IMG/VR virus record: IMGVR_UViG_3300031994_003577
Location: 1-64,000 of that record
Length of the DNA stretch: 64,000 bases
Source: an uncultured virus (IMG/VR IMGVR_UViG_3300031994_003577)
Lineage: Duplodnaviria > Heunggongvirae > Uroviricota > Caudoviricetes
Reading direction: 5' to 3' (one strand)
Shown here piece by piece: positions 52,695 to 62,536 of this stretch. Position numbers and translations under genes: made by a program. The notes under the pieces were generated by a model. That model was not told the origin of the DNA and searched no databases. It saw nothing but the letters and a program-made list of their open reading frames with translations. Position 1 is the first letter of the stretch, and every line of letters begins with the position of its first letter.

Positions 52695-53457
52695 ATATTT
52701 TTGCGTAGCAGATGTACATAGCTTCTATGATGAAATGATTTATGCACTTAATGAAGCAGGGTACGATAAAAATAATCCTGACCATATCTTTGTGAGTTGT
52801 GGTGATATGTTCGATCGTGGCTCACAATCGCGCGAAGTGCTTGAATTTCTTAACTCTATTCCTAATGAGAAAAAGATTCTTATTTGTGGAAACCACGAAA
52901 TTCTTATGCACCAAATGATCTATGGTAGCGATTATCCTCGGACAATAGATATAAAAAATGGCACTTGGAAGACTGCTTGTGATATTACGCAGGCTGATAG
53001 AGCGGAAGTAATAGAAAAAATGCGGAAAAATAAAGAGTGGCAGGAGTATTATAGTAATACTAAATATTATGCCACCATTGGAAATTATATTATTACTCAT
53101 GCTTGGATTCCTTGTGAAATCGCTTATCATCGGGATGTTTATGGAAAAGTGTATACTTCCTATTCGATTATTCCTATTGAAGATTGGGATAAATATGAGT
53201 ATGAATATGACTGGGAGAAAACTTTTACTTGGGCAAATGGTATGGAACTTTGGTCAAAAGGCATATGCATCGAAGGAAAAACAATAATTTGCGGTCATTG
53301 GAACGTGAGTTGGGGACATAAGAATATACACAAGACTTGTAAGACAGAATTTAAAGAAGATGCTATTCATGAACCATTTATTGATGAAGGTATTGTCGCG
53401 CTTGATGCTTGCACTGTTGTGAGTCATAAAGTAAATTGTTTTGTTTTTGAGGTGTAA
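52687..53457 (+). CDS. Calcineurin-like metallophosphoesterase
   Basis: DVH, GDMFDRG, GNHE, THA, CGH. Confidence 0.88.
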   Translation: MTKYFCVADVHSFYDEMIYALNEAGYDKNNPDHIFVSCGDMFDRGSQSREVLEFLNSIPNEKKILICGNHEILMHQMIYGSDYPRTIDIKNGTWKTACDITQADRAEVIEKMRKNKEWQEYYSNTKYYATIGNYIITHAWIPCEIAYHRDVYGKVYTSYSIIPIEDWDKYEYEYDWEKTFTWANGMELWSKGICIEGKTIICGHWNVSWGHKNIHKTCKTEFKEDAIHEPFIDEGIVALDACTVVSHKVNCFVFEV

Positions 53458-53458
53458 G

Positions 53459-53797
53459 ATGGATGGAGTAATTATTCTTGATAAAACAACTGCTATGATT
53501 GTGCCAGATTGGGGTGAAATTATAGCTGGCGCTGGTATGGGAATTTTTCTTATTTTTGCATGGGTTGGCATTATTTGCTTAATTGAAGGTGTAAATAAGA
53601 AAAGCACTATAATAATTTTTGGAATATGTGTATTAGGTTTTTTAATGGGAATTTCTTACTTTTTTCTTCCAAAAGTACCAGATATTACATATAAAGTTAT
53701 TGTAGAAGATAATGTAAATATGAATGATTTTTTTAATAAATATGAATTAATTAAACAAGAAGGTTTGATTTATACCGTTAAGTTGAAAGGAGATTAA
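53459..53797 (+). CDS. Two-TM membrane protein
   Basis: Two hydrophobic segments. Confidence 0.55.
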   Translation: MDGVIILDKTTAMIVPDWGEIIAGAGMGIFLIFAWVGIICLIEGVNKKSTIIIFGICVLGFLMGISYFFLPKVPDITYKVIVEDNVNMNDFFNKYELIKQEGLIYTVKLKGD

Positions 53798-53799
53798 TT

Positions 53800-55053
53800 A
53801 TGCTTAATAAGAATGGACAGCGTGAACTTGTGTATGTAGTTCTTATTGATGAAATCATGCCTATTGAGGGTTATGATCGTGTAGAACTCGCGCGCGTTGG
53901 TGGATGGCATGTAATCGTTCAGAAGGAACAGTTTAAGGTTGGTGATCCGGCGATTTACTTTGAGGTTGATAGCCGTGTTCCGTCCGATCGTGAATGCTTT
54001 GCTTTCCTCGCAAAGCGCAAGTATAAGATTAAGACTATTAAGATGTGCGGCGTAGTGTCGCAGGGTTTGCTTATGCACGCTGAAGATTTCGGTTGGACTA
54101 ATGAAATTGATGCGGATGGACATTGCTTTATTTGGGAAGGAACTGACCATTATGCACAACACTGGCCTGATAATGAATCTCGCTTCCTTACTGAAAAGCT
54201 TGGCGTAACCCATATTGAAGATGAAGATAACAAGTCTTCTGCACCGGTTGATAAGTACAAGGCAATGGCGCAACGTCGTCCGAATATTTTCAAGAAGAAG
54301 TGGGCGCGCTGGTTCATGCGGCGTGAATGGGGACGTAAGTTGATGTTTGCACTCTTTGGGCGCAAGAAGAAGAAGTCTGAAACTTCGTTCCCGACTAAGT
54401 TCCCGTTCGTTAAACGAACTGACGAAGAAAGAGTCGAGAATATGCCTTGGGTTCTTAAGGATAAGACCCCCTATATTGTAACTCAAAAGTGCGACGGTTC
54501 TTCTGCTACCTATATTCTCGCGCGCACTCATAATCCGTTCAAGCCGTTTGAATTTTATGTGTGCTCGCGCAATGTGCGTATGCTTGACGAGAAGCAGCAA
54601 TGCTTTTATGATGAAAATGTGTACTGGGAAATGGCAAAGAAGTATGACATTGAAGCTAAGCTTAAGAGCTATTTAAAGGATAACCGCCATCTTACTTATG
54701 TATGCTGGCAGGGCGAGATTTGCGGTCCGAATATTCAGAAGAACCCGCATCATCTTAAGGAAAATCATCTTTTCTGCTTTCATATGATTGATAGCTCTAA
54801 GGGCAAGTATGATATGCGTGAAGCAGAATTAATTTGGCATAGTTATGGTATGGAAATTGTGCCCATCGTAGATACTTCTTATCGTATGCCGGACGATTTT
54901 GACGAGTTCAAGAAGAGCGCGGATGGTTTCTATAGCACAGAAGTAACCGAAGGAACTCATAATTGTCCGCGTGAGGGATATGTATATTATAAGACTACTG
55001 ACCCGAACTTTAGCTTTAAGAACGTAAGTACTTCATATCTTTTGTCGCGTTAA
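53800..55053 (+). CDS. ATP-dependent RNA ligase (Rnl2-like/DRB0094-type, N-terminal OB domain)
   Basis: IMPIEGYDRVELA..GGW N-domain, KRTDEERVEN, motif I TQKCDGSS, QGEI.GP.IQKN, REGYVY, FSFKNVS. Confidence 0.88.
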   Translation: MLNKNGQRELVYVVLIDEIMPIEGYDRVELARVGGWHVIVQKEQFKVGDPAIYFEVDSRVPSDRECFAFLAKRKYKIKTIKMCGVVSQGLLMHAEDFGWTNEIDADGHCFIWEGTDHYAQHWPDNESRFLTEKLGVTHIEDEDNKSSAPVDKYKAMAQRRPNIFKKKWARWFMRREWGRKLMFALFGRKKKKSETSFPTKFPFVKRTDEERVENMPWVLKDKTPYIVTQKCDGSSATYILARTHNPFKPFEFYVCSRNVRMLDEKQQCFYDENVYWEMAKKYDIEAKLKSYLKDNRHLTYVCWQGEICGPNIQKNPHHLKENHLFCFHMIDSSKGKYDMREAELIWHSYGMEIVPIVDTSYRMPDDFDEFKKSADGFYSTEVTEGTHNCPREGYVYYKTTDPNFSFKNVSTSYLLSR

Positions 55054-55123
55054 GCACGAATAAGTTGTATTTAATATCTAATATTTTTACTTTTATTTGA
55101 CTAAGTTATAGGAGGAAAAGTAA

Positions 55124-55300
55124 ATGGCAGATGAGACCACTCTTAATAATGAAACTACAGAAGAAGAAGTAACTCCAAGAGACATTCTCGTTCAATATAT
55201 CAACGACGTTTCTTCTGGTAAAAAGGTATTAAATCCAACTATTTTATTGCAATTAATTGATGATTTAAGCGATGATGATTCAAGTGAAAGTGATACTTAA
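55124..55300 (+). CDS. Small acidic protein
   Basis: AGGAGG RBS, 58 aa, followed by a terminator. Confidence 0.55.
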   Translation: MADETTLNNETTEEEVTPRDILVQYINDVSSGKKVLNPTILLQLIDDLSDDDSSESDT

Positions 55301-55305
55301 GAATT

Positions 55306-55330
55306 AAAGCCCTTAGGGGCTTTATTTTTT
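55306..55330 (+). terminator. Intrinsic terminator
   Basis: TAAAGCCC-TTAG-GGGCTTTA plus T run. Confidence 0.7.
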
Positions 55331-55390
55331 GACTTTTTTTAAATTTTATGATATAATTATTATATAAAATAATAGGAGAAAATGATGTAA

Positions 55391-55690
55391 ATGTATACTG
55401 CGCGCGACGTAAAAAAATTAACTGATGAATGTAAAAAGTTATGGATTAAATTGGCCGTAGAAAAAGATAGCAAGTTAATAGATAAATATATCGATAAGTG
55501 TGCGAAAAATGGTGATTACAGTTTAACAGTAGAATATCCTGCTTTATATACAACTGCTGAAAAGGGCCGTAAAGAATTAATTGATAAATATCGAGAAAAT
55601 GGTTTTGAAGTAGAAGAAGATCATTATATTAGATATGACAATGGTTATATTCATGGTTTAATTATAAGTTGGGGTAAAGAAAATGAGTAA
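55391..55690 (+). CDS. Hypothetical protein
   Basis: Promoter and AGGAG RBS; ends IISW. Confidence 0.6.
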   Translation: MYTARDVKKLTDECKKLWIKLAVEKDSKLIDKYIDKCAKNGDYSLTVEYPALYTTAEKGRKELIDKYRENGFEVEEDHYIRYDNGYIHGLIISWGKENE

Positions 55691-55871
55691 AAAATATTGG
55701 TTTTGTAAGAAGTGCGGGCATTTTGAAGAAATTGGTAAAGAACGTGCGGATGTAATTGTTGGACTTTGTCCTAAATGTTTTTATTATATGAGCGCGCAAG
55801 ATTGGGATGATGAAGATGTTAAGAAAGCTGAAAAGGCTCGCGCGCTTCGTATCATTAAAAGAACTAAATAA
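55683..55871 (+). CDS. Zn-ribbon small protein
   Basis: CKKC...CPKC. Confidence 0.55.
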   Translation: MSKKYWFCKKCGHFEEIGKERADVIVGLCPKCFYYMSAQDWDDEDVKKAEKARALRIIKRTK

Positions 55872-55932
55872 ATTTGAAATTTTTCTAAATTTATGATATA
55901 ATAATTATAGAAAATAAAGGAGATCAAAAGTA

Positions 55933-56136
55933 ATGTATCATTATAAAGTTACTTTTTATGATGAACTTTCTGAAAATAAAAAAATTATCACCGATACTGG
56001 GATTACTAGTGGTGGTAATGCTGGAGAAGCAATTAATAAGTTAATTGAATTTTATGGAAAAAAGCAGATAATTTCAATTGACGAATTTTATGAACTAGAA
56101 GAAATTTTAACGAAAACCGACTTGTCAGAAATTTAA
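55933..56136 (+). CDS. Hypothetical protein
   Basis: Promoter and AAGGAG RBS. Confidence 0.55.
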   Translation: MYHYKVTFYDELSENKKIITDTGITSGGNAGEAINKLIEFYGKKQIISIDEFYELEEILTKTDLSEI

Positions 56137-56150
56137 GAAAGGAACGTTTT

Positions 56151-56645
56151 ATGGTCGCAAAAAGCTTTCAAGGTCTTAAACAGTTGACCGATCCTTATAA
56201 AGAAAATGGTAAAGAATATGTTACCGTTGAGACAAAAACTGGAAAAACTCGTAAGGTTCGTTGGTATAGTACCGATGAATATTGTCGAATGTATCCAGAT
56301 GCTGATAAAAATGCTATTGCACGTGAATATGATTCTTATTGGCATTCTCTTGAATATGTTCTTATGGGTTCTTCAGGTTTTGTTTGGGTCTTTGAAGGCG
56401 ACCCTACGCCCTACTTGGAAGAGCTGTACATGAGTAGGCATATCTGGTATAATACCACTTTCGGATGGTTCATTAAGGGCGAAGAAGATGAATCTATCGT
56501 TGAAGCCGCGCGCGAATGGTTCGTTGTACATAAGTTGGAATGGAAAGAAATTAGTATTGATGATAATTCGTTGCGCGCGGATGCTAAAAAAATCATAGAC
56601 GATAAATGTAATGGAAAGGTAGCCAGAAAATATGTTGCTGATTGA
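56151..56645 (+). CDS. Hypothetical protein
   Basis: AAAGGA RBS, 164 aa. Confidence 0.6.
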   Translation: MVAKSFQGLKQLTDPYKENGKEYVTVETKTGKTRKVRWYSTDEYCRMYPDADKNAIAREYDSYWHSLEYVLMGSSGFVWVFEGDPTPYLEELYMSRHIWYNTTFGWFIKGEEDESIVEAAREWFVVHKLEWKEISIDDNSLRADAKKIIDDKCNGKVARKYVAD

Positions 56646-57543
56646 TGAAAAAACGCCCATCTTTGAAATGCTTGTTGGCGTAGCCGGTTCTGGAAAGTCT
56701 ACTTATGCTCTTGCGAGAAAAGCAGAACTTGAAGATATTACTGGTTTGAAATGTGAAATTGTTTCTTCTGATGCCATTCGTGGAGAGCTTTGGGGCGATG
56801 AAAGCGATCAACGAGATCCTTCAAAAGTTTTTGACGTGATGCTCGCGCGCACTCGTAAGTATCTTTCTGAAGGGTATCACGTAATTTATGATGCTTGTAA
56901 TGTTGGTGAAAAGTATCGTAAGCATACTCTTCATAATATTTCTAGTTTTGACTGCTTCAAGCGCTGTACTATTTTTATTGTTTCACCGGAAGAGTGCATT
57001 AAAAGGCAGGAGTACAGAGAAAGAAAAGTGCCAGACCATGTAATTTATCGGCAGATTTCTCAGTTTCAGGTTCCTTTTTGGTCTGAAGGTTGGGATGATA
57101 TTATTATTTATGGAGAACCTTATTCTGATGGTCAAATTGCAGAAAAGTTAAGCACTTTACGAAACTTTGACCAGAAAAATCCCCATCATACGCTGCCGCT
57201 TGATGAACATTTAATCAAAGCAAGAAATTATGCTGTTGAAAAAAAGTACTCTGAAATTGTGATGTGCGCGGCACTGTGCCACGATATTGGAAAGATCTTT
57301 ACTCAGACTATTGATGATGATGGTATTGCTCATTATTATGGTCATGAAAATGTTAGTGCTTATTATTATTTTCTTCTGACTGGCGATCTTTTTAATGGTC
57401 TAGAAATTATTTGGTTAATTAATCATCATATGGACTTTTTTAAAGGAGAACGGTATCTTGAAAAAGTTCATAGGAGTATTGAAAACGAAGAACTTTGGGA
57501 AATGCTTAATCAGCTGCATGAATGTGATTTGCAAGCCCATTAA
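56632..57543 (+). CDS. Polynucleotide kinase (AAA_33 P-loop) fused to an HD phosphohydrolase
   Basis: GVAGSGKST, SSDAIR, IYDACN; H..L.EH, CHDIGK, YYGHENVSA, D.QAH. Confidence 0.85.
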   Translation: MLLIDEKTPIFEMLVGVAGSGKSTYALARKAELEDITGLKCEIVSSDAIRGELWGDESDQRDPSKVFDVMLARTRKYLSEGYHVIYDACNVGEKYRKHTLHNISSFDCFKRCTIFIVSPEECIKRQEYRERKVPDHVIYRQISQFQVPFWSEGWDDIIIYGEPYSDGQIAEKLSTLRNFDQKNPHHTLPLDEHLIKARNYAVEKKYSEIVMCAALCHDIGKIFTQTIDDDGIAHYYGHENVSAYYYFLLTGDLFNGLEIIWLINHHMDFFKGERYLEKVHRSIENEELWEMLNQLHECDLQAH

Positions 57544-57565
57544 ATAAACCTCATAGGAGAATAAA

Positions 57566-58858
57566 ATGAATCTTATTTATAATGTTGAAGATAAACCTCG
57601 TTTTTCTCAGACACTTGTGTTTGCTTTTCAGCAGTTGCTCGCTATTGTTGCGGCAACTATTGCTGTACCGGCTATTGTAGGAAATGGTATGACCGCTAGC
57701 GCCGCGCTATTTGGCGCAGGTGTTGGTACATTAGTATACCAGTTGTTCACTAAGTTCAGAAGTCCTGTTTTTCTTGGTAGCTCTTTTGCCTTTCTTGGTT
57801 CAATGTTTGCCGCATTTGGTGGTGCAGTATCGCTAAGCGTTGGATACCTTGGACTAATTATTGGCGCGGTCTTTGCTGGATTAGTTTATGTAATTCTTGC
57901 ACTAATTGTTAAGTTTGCGGGAGTAGAATGGATTAACAAGCTGATGCCGCCAGTAATCATTGGACCGATTGTGGCTATTATTGGACTTTCACTTGCAGGC
58001 AATGCTGTAAGTGATATGATGAGCGCGGGTTACCTTGGATTGGTGTGCGCGCTTGTAACACTCTTTGCCGTAATAATTAGTAGTGTTTACGGAACTAAAG
58101 GAATGAAGTTAGTACCCTTCATTATAGGCATTGGCGCAGGGTATGCGTTAGCGCTAATTCTAAGTATTACTGGCGCGGCGCCTCTAATTGAGATGTCTAA
58201 GTTTAAAGAAATTGATGGTGTATTTGCCCTTCCACAATTTAGTTTTCTTAATGCGTGGGATGGTTTACGTCAAATTGATTTAACTTATATTCTCACAATT
58301 TTCTTTGCGTATGCGCCGGTCGCATTTGTAGTATTTGCAGAGCATTTAGCGGATCATAAGAATTTATCTTCTATTATTAATCGTGATTTGACTAAGGACC
58401 CAGGTCTTCATCGTACTCTTCTTGGTGATGGTATTGGTTCAATGGCTGGTGCTTTCTTTGGCGGCTGTCCAAATACAACTTATGGTGAATCCATTGGTTG
58501 TGTTGCAATTACAGGAAACGCTTCTGTAATTACAATTACAGCGGCGGCGCTTCTTGCGATTATTGTATCATTCATTAAGCCATTAATGGTCGTACTTGAC
58601 AGTATTCCAGCCTGCGTAATGGGTGGCGTGTGTATGACACTTTATGGATTTATTGCGGTTAGTGGATTAAAGATGTTGCAACCAGTTGATTTGAATAAGA
58701 ATTCTAATCTATTTACTGCTTCTGTAATTCTTATTGCTGGTGTTGGCGGATTAAGTATTAGTTTTAGTACCGGCATGGGTGAAATTGCAATTACTACAGT
58801 AGCGTGCGCGCTGATACTTGGTATTATAACGAATTTAATCACAAGAAACGAAAAGTAA
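57566..58858 (+). CDS. NCS2-family uracil/xanthine permease (UraA/PyrP-like)
   Basis: About 12 TM helices, FLGSSFAF, EHLADH, GDG, PNTTYGES signature. Confidence 0.92.
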   Translation: MNLIYNVEDKPRFSQTLVFAFQQLLAIVAATIAVPAIVGNGMTASAALFGAGVGTLVYQLFTKFRSPVFLGSSFAFLGSMFAAFGGAVSLSVGYLGLIIGAVFAGLVYVILALIVKFAGVEWINKLMPPVIIGPIVAIIGLSLAGNAVSDMMSAGYLGLVCALVTLFAVIISSVYGTKGMKLVPFIIGIGAGYALALILSITGAAPLIEMSKFKEIDGVFALPQFSFLNAWDGLRQIDLTYILTIFFAYAPVAFVVFAEHLADHKNLSSIINRDLTKDPGLHRTLLGDGIGSMAGAFFGGCPNTTYGESIGCVAITGNASVITITAAALLAIIVSFIKPLMVVLDSIPACVMGGVCMTLYGFIAVSGLKMLQPVDLNKNSNLFTASVILIAGVGGLSISFSTGMGEIAITTVACALILGIITNLITRNEK

Positions 58859-58873
58859 AAAGTACTTAAAAAT

Positions 58874-58902
58874 AAAAAGTCAACGTAAAAGTTGACTTTT
58901 TT
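58874..58902 (+). terminator. Intrinsic terminator overlapping the next promoter
   Basis: AAAAAGTCAAC-GTAAAA-GTTGACTTTTT. Confidence 0.65.
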
Positions 58903-58952
58903 TAATTTTTATGATATAATATATATAGAAAGAATAGGAAAGGAATATTACT

Positions 58953-59156
58953 ATGGAAGGTTACATCGCACGCAGAGTAGTTAAAGAAAGTAAAAAAGCT
59001 TATCTTGTAGAAGTCCATTATAATAATCGGCGTGACGGTTGTGGAATTAAATATAAGTGGATTGCAAAAAGTCTTTGTAAGCCAGTCATGGAAAATGAGT
59101 ATTCTAGTAAGTGGATTTATACCCCTGAGAACATTATTGGTAGTGGTGTATGGTAA
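58953..59156 (+). CDS. Hypothetical protein
   Basis: Promoter and RBS; ESKKAYLV...WIAKS. Confidence 0.55.
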   Translation: MEGYIARRVVKESKKAYLVEVHYNNRRDGCGIKYKWIAKSLCKPVMENEYSSKWIYTPENIIGSGVW

Positions 59157-59359
59157 GAACTTTTGTTAAGGGATTTATATTTAAAAAAGAAATAAATATT
59201 TTACCATTTCCTTTTGGTATGGTAAAACCAGATGACATGACTATAGAAGATTTTTTTACTACTACGGAGGAAATTCTTAAAGATAAAATTGAAGCTAACG
59301 AGTTTTGTGGTTATTTAATAGTTTTGGAGAATGAAAATGAAAGAGAAGAAAAAAAGTAA
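59150..59359 (+). CDS. Hypothetical protein
   Basis: Coupled ORF. Confidence 0.45.
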   Translation: MVRTFVKGFIFKKEINILPFPFGMVKPDDMTIEDFFTTTEEILKDKIEANEFCGYLIVLENENEREEKK

Positions 59360-59915
59360 GCTGCGCGCCGAATACGAAAAAATTAATAGTTTTAAACTAT
59401 TTTCTCCATATTGTCCTTGGACATATCCTTCTAATTGGTGGAAGAATATAAAGTGGTTTTTTAGATCTTTTAAGTACGCCGCGCAAAGAGTACGTCAAGG
59501 ATATTGCGATCTTGATTTAATGGATCTTGATAGTTATTTTGTTGGTCTTATGGCTTGCGCGCTTGAAGAATTTGCAGAAAAATCCGAAGGATACCCTTGT
59601 AGATATATTAGTCGTTATTATTCTGAAGATCAAGATAGCGCGGCATGGAAGGCAGAAGTGCGCGGAGTAAGTTTACATTTGTTCCAATCTTTAGACTGCC
59701 TTGAAGATTTTAATTATAATAAAATGAAGTTTCCTGGGAAGCTTGTATTTAAAAAAGATGAAAAAGAACAAACTTATGCAACTGTAGAGTGCTCTGATAT
59801 AGAAAAATTAAATAAGCTCCATGAAGAAGAAAAACTTATTTATGAAGATCGACAGTATTGCTACAGAAAAGCTATGGAATGGCTTACGGAATATGGTTGG
59901 GATCTTTGGTGGTAA
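59331..59915 (+). CDS. Hypothetical phage protein
   Basis: QRVRQGYCDLDLMDLD...GYP...WDLWW. Confidence 0.6.
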   Translation: MKMKEKKKSKLRAEYEKINSFKLFSPYCPWTYPSNWWKNIKWFFRSFKYAAQRVRQGYCDLDLMDLDSYFVGLMACALEEFAEKSEGYPCRYISRYYSEDQDSAAWKAEVRGVSLHLFQSLDCLEDFNYNKMKFPGKLVFKKDEKEQTYATVECSDIEKLNKLHEEEKLIYEDRQYCYRKAMEWLTEYGWDLWW

Positions 59916-59916
59916 T

Positions 59917-60153
59917 ATGGAAGAATATATTGGCAAAGATAAGTGCGCGCGGCTTTATTTTTATAAACCTACTCAAGTATCATATGCGACAAAATGGAAT
60001 AGTGAAACTTATTTAGTTGGTATAGCCTATTGCGAAGAAATTATCCAAGCAGATGGAAGTTTGGTTTCAGTGTGGGATTTAAACTATTTGAAAACTTTGG
60101 AGTGGTTAGATCTTGAAGATGCTATTCGCGGAGATTTAAGAGAGGAAGAATGA
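59917..60153 (+). CDS. Hypothetical protein, paralogue of 51396-51638
   Basis: Shared PTQV...IAY...W..L.D.I pattern. Confidence 0.6.
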   Translation: MEEYIGKDKCARLYFYKPTQVSYATKWNSETYLVGIAYCEEIIQADGSLVSVWDLNYLKTLEWLDLEDAIRGDLREEE

Positions 60154-60156
60154 GAT

Positions 60157-60621
60157 ATGAGTACGTATATTAACTTTTTTATGCGGCGCGCAGATGAATT
60201 TATTCCAATTGTTAGTTTTAGTCGTTCTTCTTATATTTATAAAGTAGCTGCTAATTATGCACCATATGCGAAGATTGCACCTTTTAGCACAGAAATTCTT
60301 AAGAATTGTTGTAATGCTATTAAAGAAGAAAAGAATCGTATAAAAGAAAAAATTAATATTGAAAAATCTCATGTTGAATATATTAAAAATTTTAATAATT
60401 CTGTTTCAGATAAACTTGAAGCTATTGCTGAATGTGAAAGTTCAATAAAAGACTGGGAAGAAGAACTTGAAGACGCGAGACGCGCGCAATATTTCTTTAC
60501 TTTTCTTGAAGACATGACTGATGAAATTCTTTATGTAGATTACAATAAAGCCGAAACTAATAAATATATATATGCTGGTATTGAGGTCAATATTCCAACT
60601 GTTGAGGATGTCGTAAAATGA
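60157..60621 (+). CDS. Hypothetical protein
   Basis: GAGG RBS, 154 aa. Confidence 0.6.
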   Translation: MSTYINFFMRRADEFIPIVSFSRSSYIYKVAANYAPYAKIAPFSTEILKNCCNAIKEEKNRIKEKINIEKSHVEYIKNFNNSVSDKLEAIAECESSIKDWEEELEDARRAQYFFTFLEDMTDEILYVDYNKAETNKYIYAGIEVNIPTVEDVVK

Positions 60622-61061
60622 ATGAATATATATCAAAAGAATTAGCAATTAGCGCAGCTTTAAACTTTATTCGTATGGGTGAAAAAGTAACTGAATCTCA
60701 AGTGCGTCAATATTTTAATGATTTTATTGAGCCTGTCACGATTTATTTTGTTTCTACTTGTACTAAAGTTGAAGGTTTTAACTGGGTAGATCTTGGAAAT
60801 AGTAATTTTATTGGTTGGTTTTCTTCCTTGGAGGACGCGCGCAAGTGTGTAGAAGAAAATAATTGCGATATTTGGGAAACAGTATATGATTATGCTTTTA
60901 TTGAACCATATGTAGAAGGATTTTATGGACAAGATTTTTCTAAAGATACCCTGTGGTTTAAGTATAATAAAGAGAATGATCGATATGAAGAGATTCCAAT
61001 GCCTAAAATTACTAAAAATTTTTGCGGTTTGAGTAGAATACATAATAATGAAAAAATTTGA
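60618..61061 (+). CDS. Hypothetical protein
   Basis: ATGA overlap; GWF...A...VEENNCDIWE. Confidence 0.6.
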   Translation: MNEYISKELAISAALNFIRMGEKVTESQVRQYFNDFIEPVTIYFVSTCTKVEGFNWVDLGNSNFIGWFSSLEDARKCVEENNCDIWETVYDYAFIEPYVEGFYGQDFSKDTLWFKYNKENDRYEEIPMPKITKNFCGLSRIHNNEKI

Positions 61062-61226
61062 TATAATAATTACTTGCCAAGGTCAAAGTACCCATCATTA
61101 TGTTACAACACTTTTAGGAGCGTTAATAGTTTATAGTTTTCATTATTTAACAAAAAAGCATTATGGCACTATGAATTTTATGTTGCGCGAAGTAGAACCT
61201 TGGAATTGAAATAAAGGTGAATACGA

Positions 61227-61526
61227 ATGACTAATGAGGAACTAATTTATAATCTACGCTATTGTTTTGAAAAACGCAAAACGGTTGTTGGCGTACCGTG
61301 GTATGTGTGGTGTGATAGAGCCGCCGACGCGCTTGAAGCAGATGAAAAGCGGATTACGGAACTGGAAGCACAGTTGCCAAAAGAGGGCGTGTGGATAATT
61401 ATAGGAATTTCGGTTACTGGTAGTTCAACTGCAAAATGTTCAAAGTGTGACGCGATTGTGCATAATAGTTTCACAAACACGCCGAACTATTGTCCGAACT
61501 GTGGCGCGAGGATGAAGGAAAAATAA
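61227..61526 (+). CDS. Hypothetical protein with C-terminal CxxC...YCPNCGARM Zn ribbon
   Basis: Typical Firmicutes-phage accessory ORF pattern. Confidence 0.6.
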   Translation: MTNEELIYNLRYCFEKRKTVVGVPWYVWCDRAADALEADEKRITELEAQLPKEGVWIIIGISVTGSSTAKCSKCDAIVHNSFTNTPNYCPNCGARMKEK

Positions 61527-61527
61527 A

Positions 61528-61725
61528 ATGAAAAGAATGTTATTTGAATTGCCTGATGAATCGATTATTATGGCGTTTACAATCGTTATGCAAGACAGAC
61601 TGTACACTAATGTATTTACTGAGTGTCATCCTGTTGTAGACGGTCAGATATTTACACTTGTTGATGATGGCAAGAACGGAAAGACACATTACGTGTGCAG
61701 AAAAAGCATGGAAGATAAAGCATGA
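61528..61725 (+). CDS. Hypothetical protein
   Basis: Coupled ORF. Confidence 0.5.
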   Translation: MKRMLFELPDESIIMAFTIVMQDRLYTNVFTECHPVVDGQIFTLVDDGKNGKTHYVCRKSMEDKA

Positions 61726-61738
61726 AAGGAGAACGGGA

Positions 61739-61954
61739 ATGACAGATAGAGAAAAAGCAATCGTCTCAGCATATACTGGTTATGCAATGCTCTGCGGAGA
61801 TAAGCTCTCAATCTTCTATGAATATATCGAGGAGATTCTCGGAAGACCTATTATGACGCATGAACTTGCGCTCGAAAGCGTTTGGGATGAGATTCATGAG
61901 AAAAGTAAGCCAGATTTTATCTCGCTATGTGCAAAAGAAAAGGTATATCGATGA
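61739..61954 (+). CDS. Hypothetical phage protein
   Basis: AAAGGAG RBS; IVSAYTG...LGRPIMTHEL. Confidence 0.6.
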   Translation: MTDREKAIVSAYTGYAMLCGDKLSIFYEYIEEILGRPIMTHELALESVWDEIHEKSKPDFISLCAKEKVYR

Positions 61955-62099
61955 ATGACCTATTTACTTGCCTTGGAATCAGTACTGCTATTCTTGGTGT
62001 GTGCATTGTCGGAAGTGCGTTTATGATTTGCGATAAAATAAGTAGTTTGACGCATGAAATATGGGAACTGCGAATAGATTTAAAAGGGAGAAATAAAAA

Positions 62100-62363
62100 A
62101 TGATTGTAAATTGTCGTAAAAAACCAGTAGTTGTCCAAGCTTGCCAATGGACTGGTGAAAATCTACATGAGTGTTTGGAATTTTGTCACGGCGCGCTGAC
62201 TGCGATTTATCCTACGTTAGATGATAGCGTTGTAATTCTTGAGATTTCTACACTTGAAGGAGATATGTGTGTAAGTTTGAATGACTATATTATCAAAGGT
62301 GTGGATGGAGAATTTTATCCATGTAAAGAATCTATTTTTCTAAAAACATATGATTTTGTATAA
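62100..62363 (+). CDS. Hypothetical phage protein
   Basis: RKKPVVVQACQWTGEN...TLEG...DYIIKGVDGEFYPCK..IF.KTY pattern. Confidence 0.7.
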   Translation: MIVNCRKKPVVVQACQWTGENLHECLEFCHGALTAIYPTLDDSVVILEISTLEGDMCVSLNDYIIKGVDGEFYPCKESIFLKTYDFV

Positions 62364-62536
62364 GGAGAGATATATATGACTTTAGCTTGGATTCTAGCTT
62401 GTATTGGTTTTTTTTCTGCGGGCGTAGCTTTGGGAATTTTTGTTACAGCTAATTATGTTTAACGTATTGAAAATTTGAAATTTTCTGAAAATTCTGATAT
62501 AATATATATAGAAAGAATGAGAAAGGGAAAAGAATA

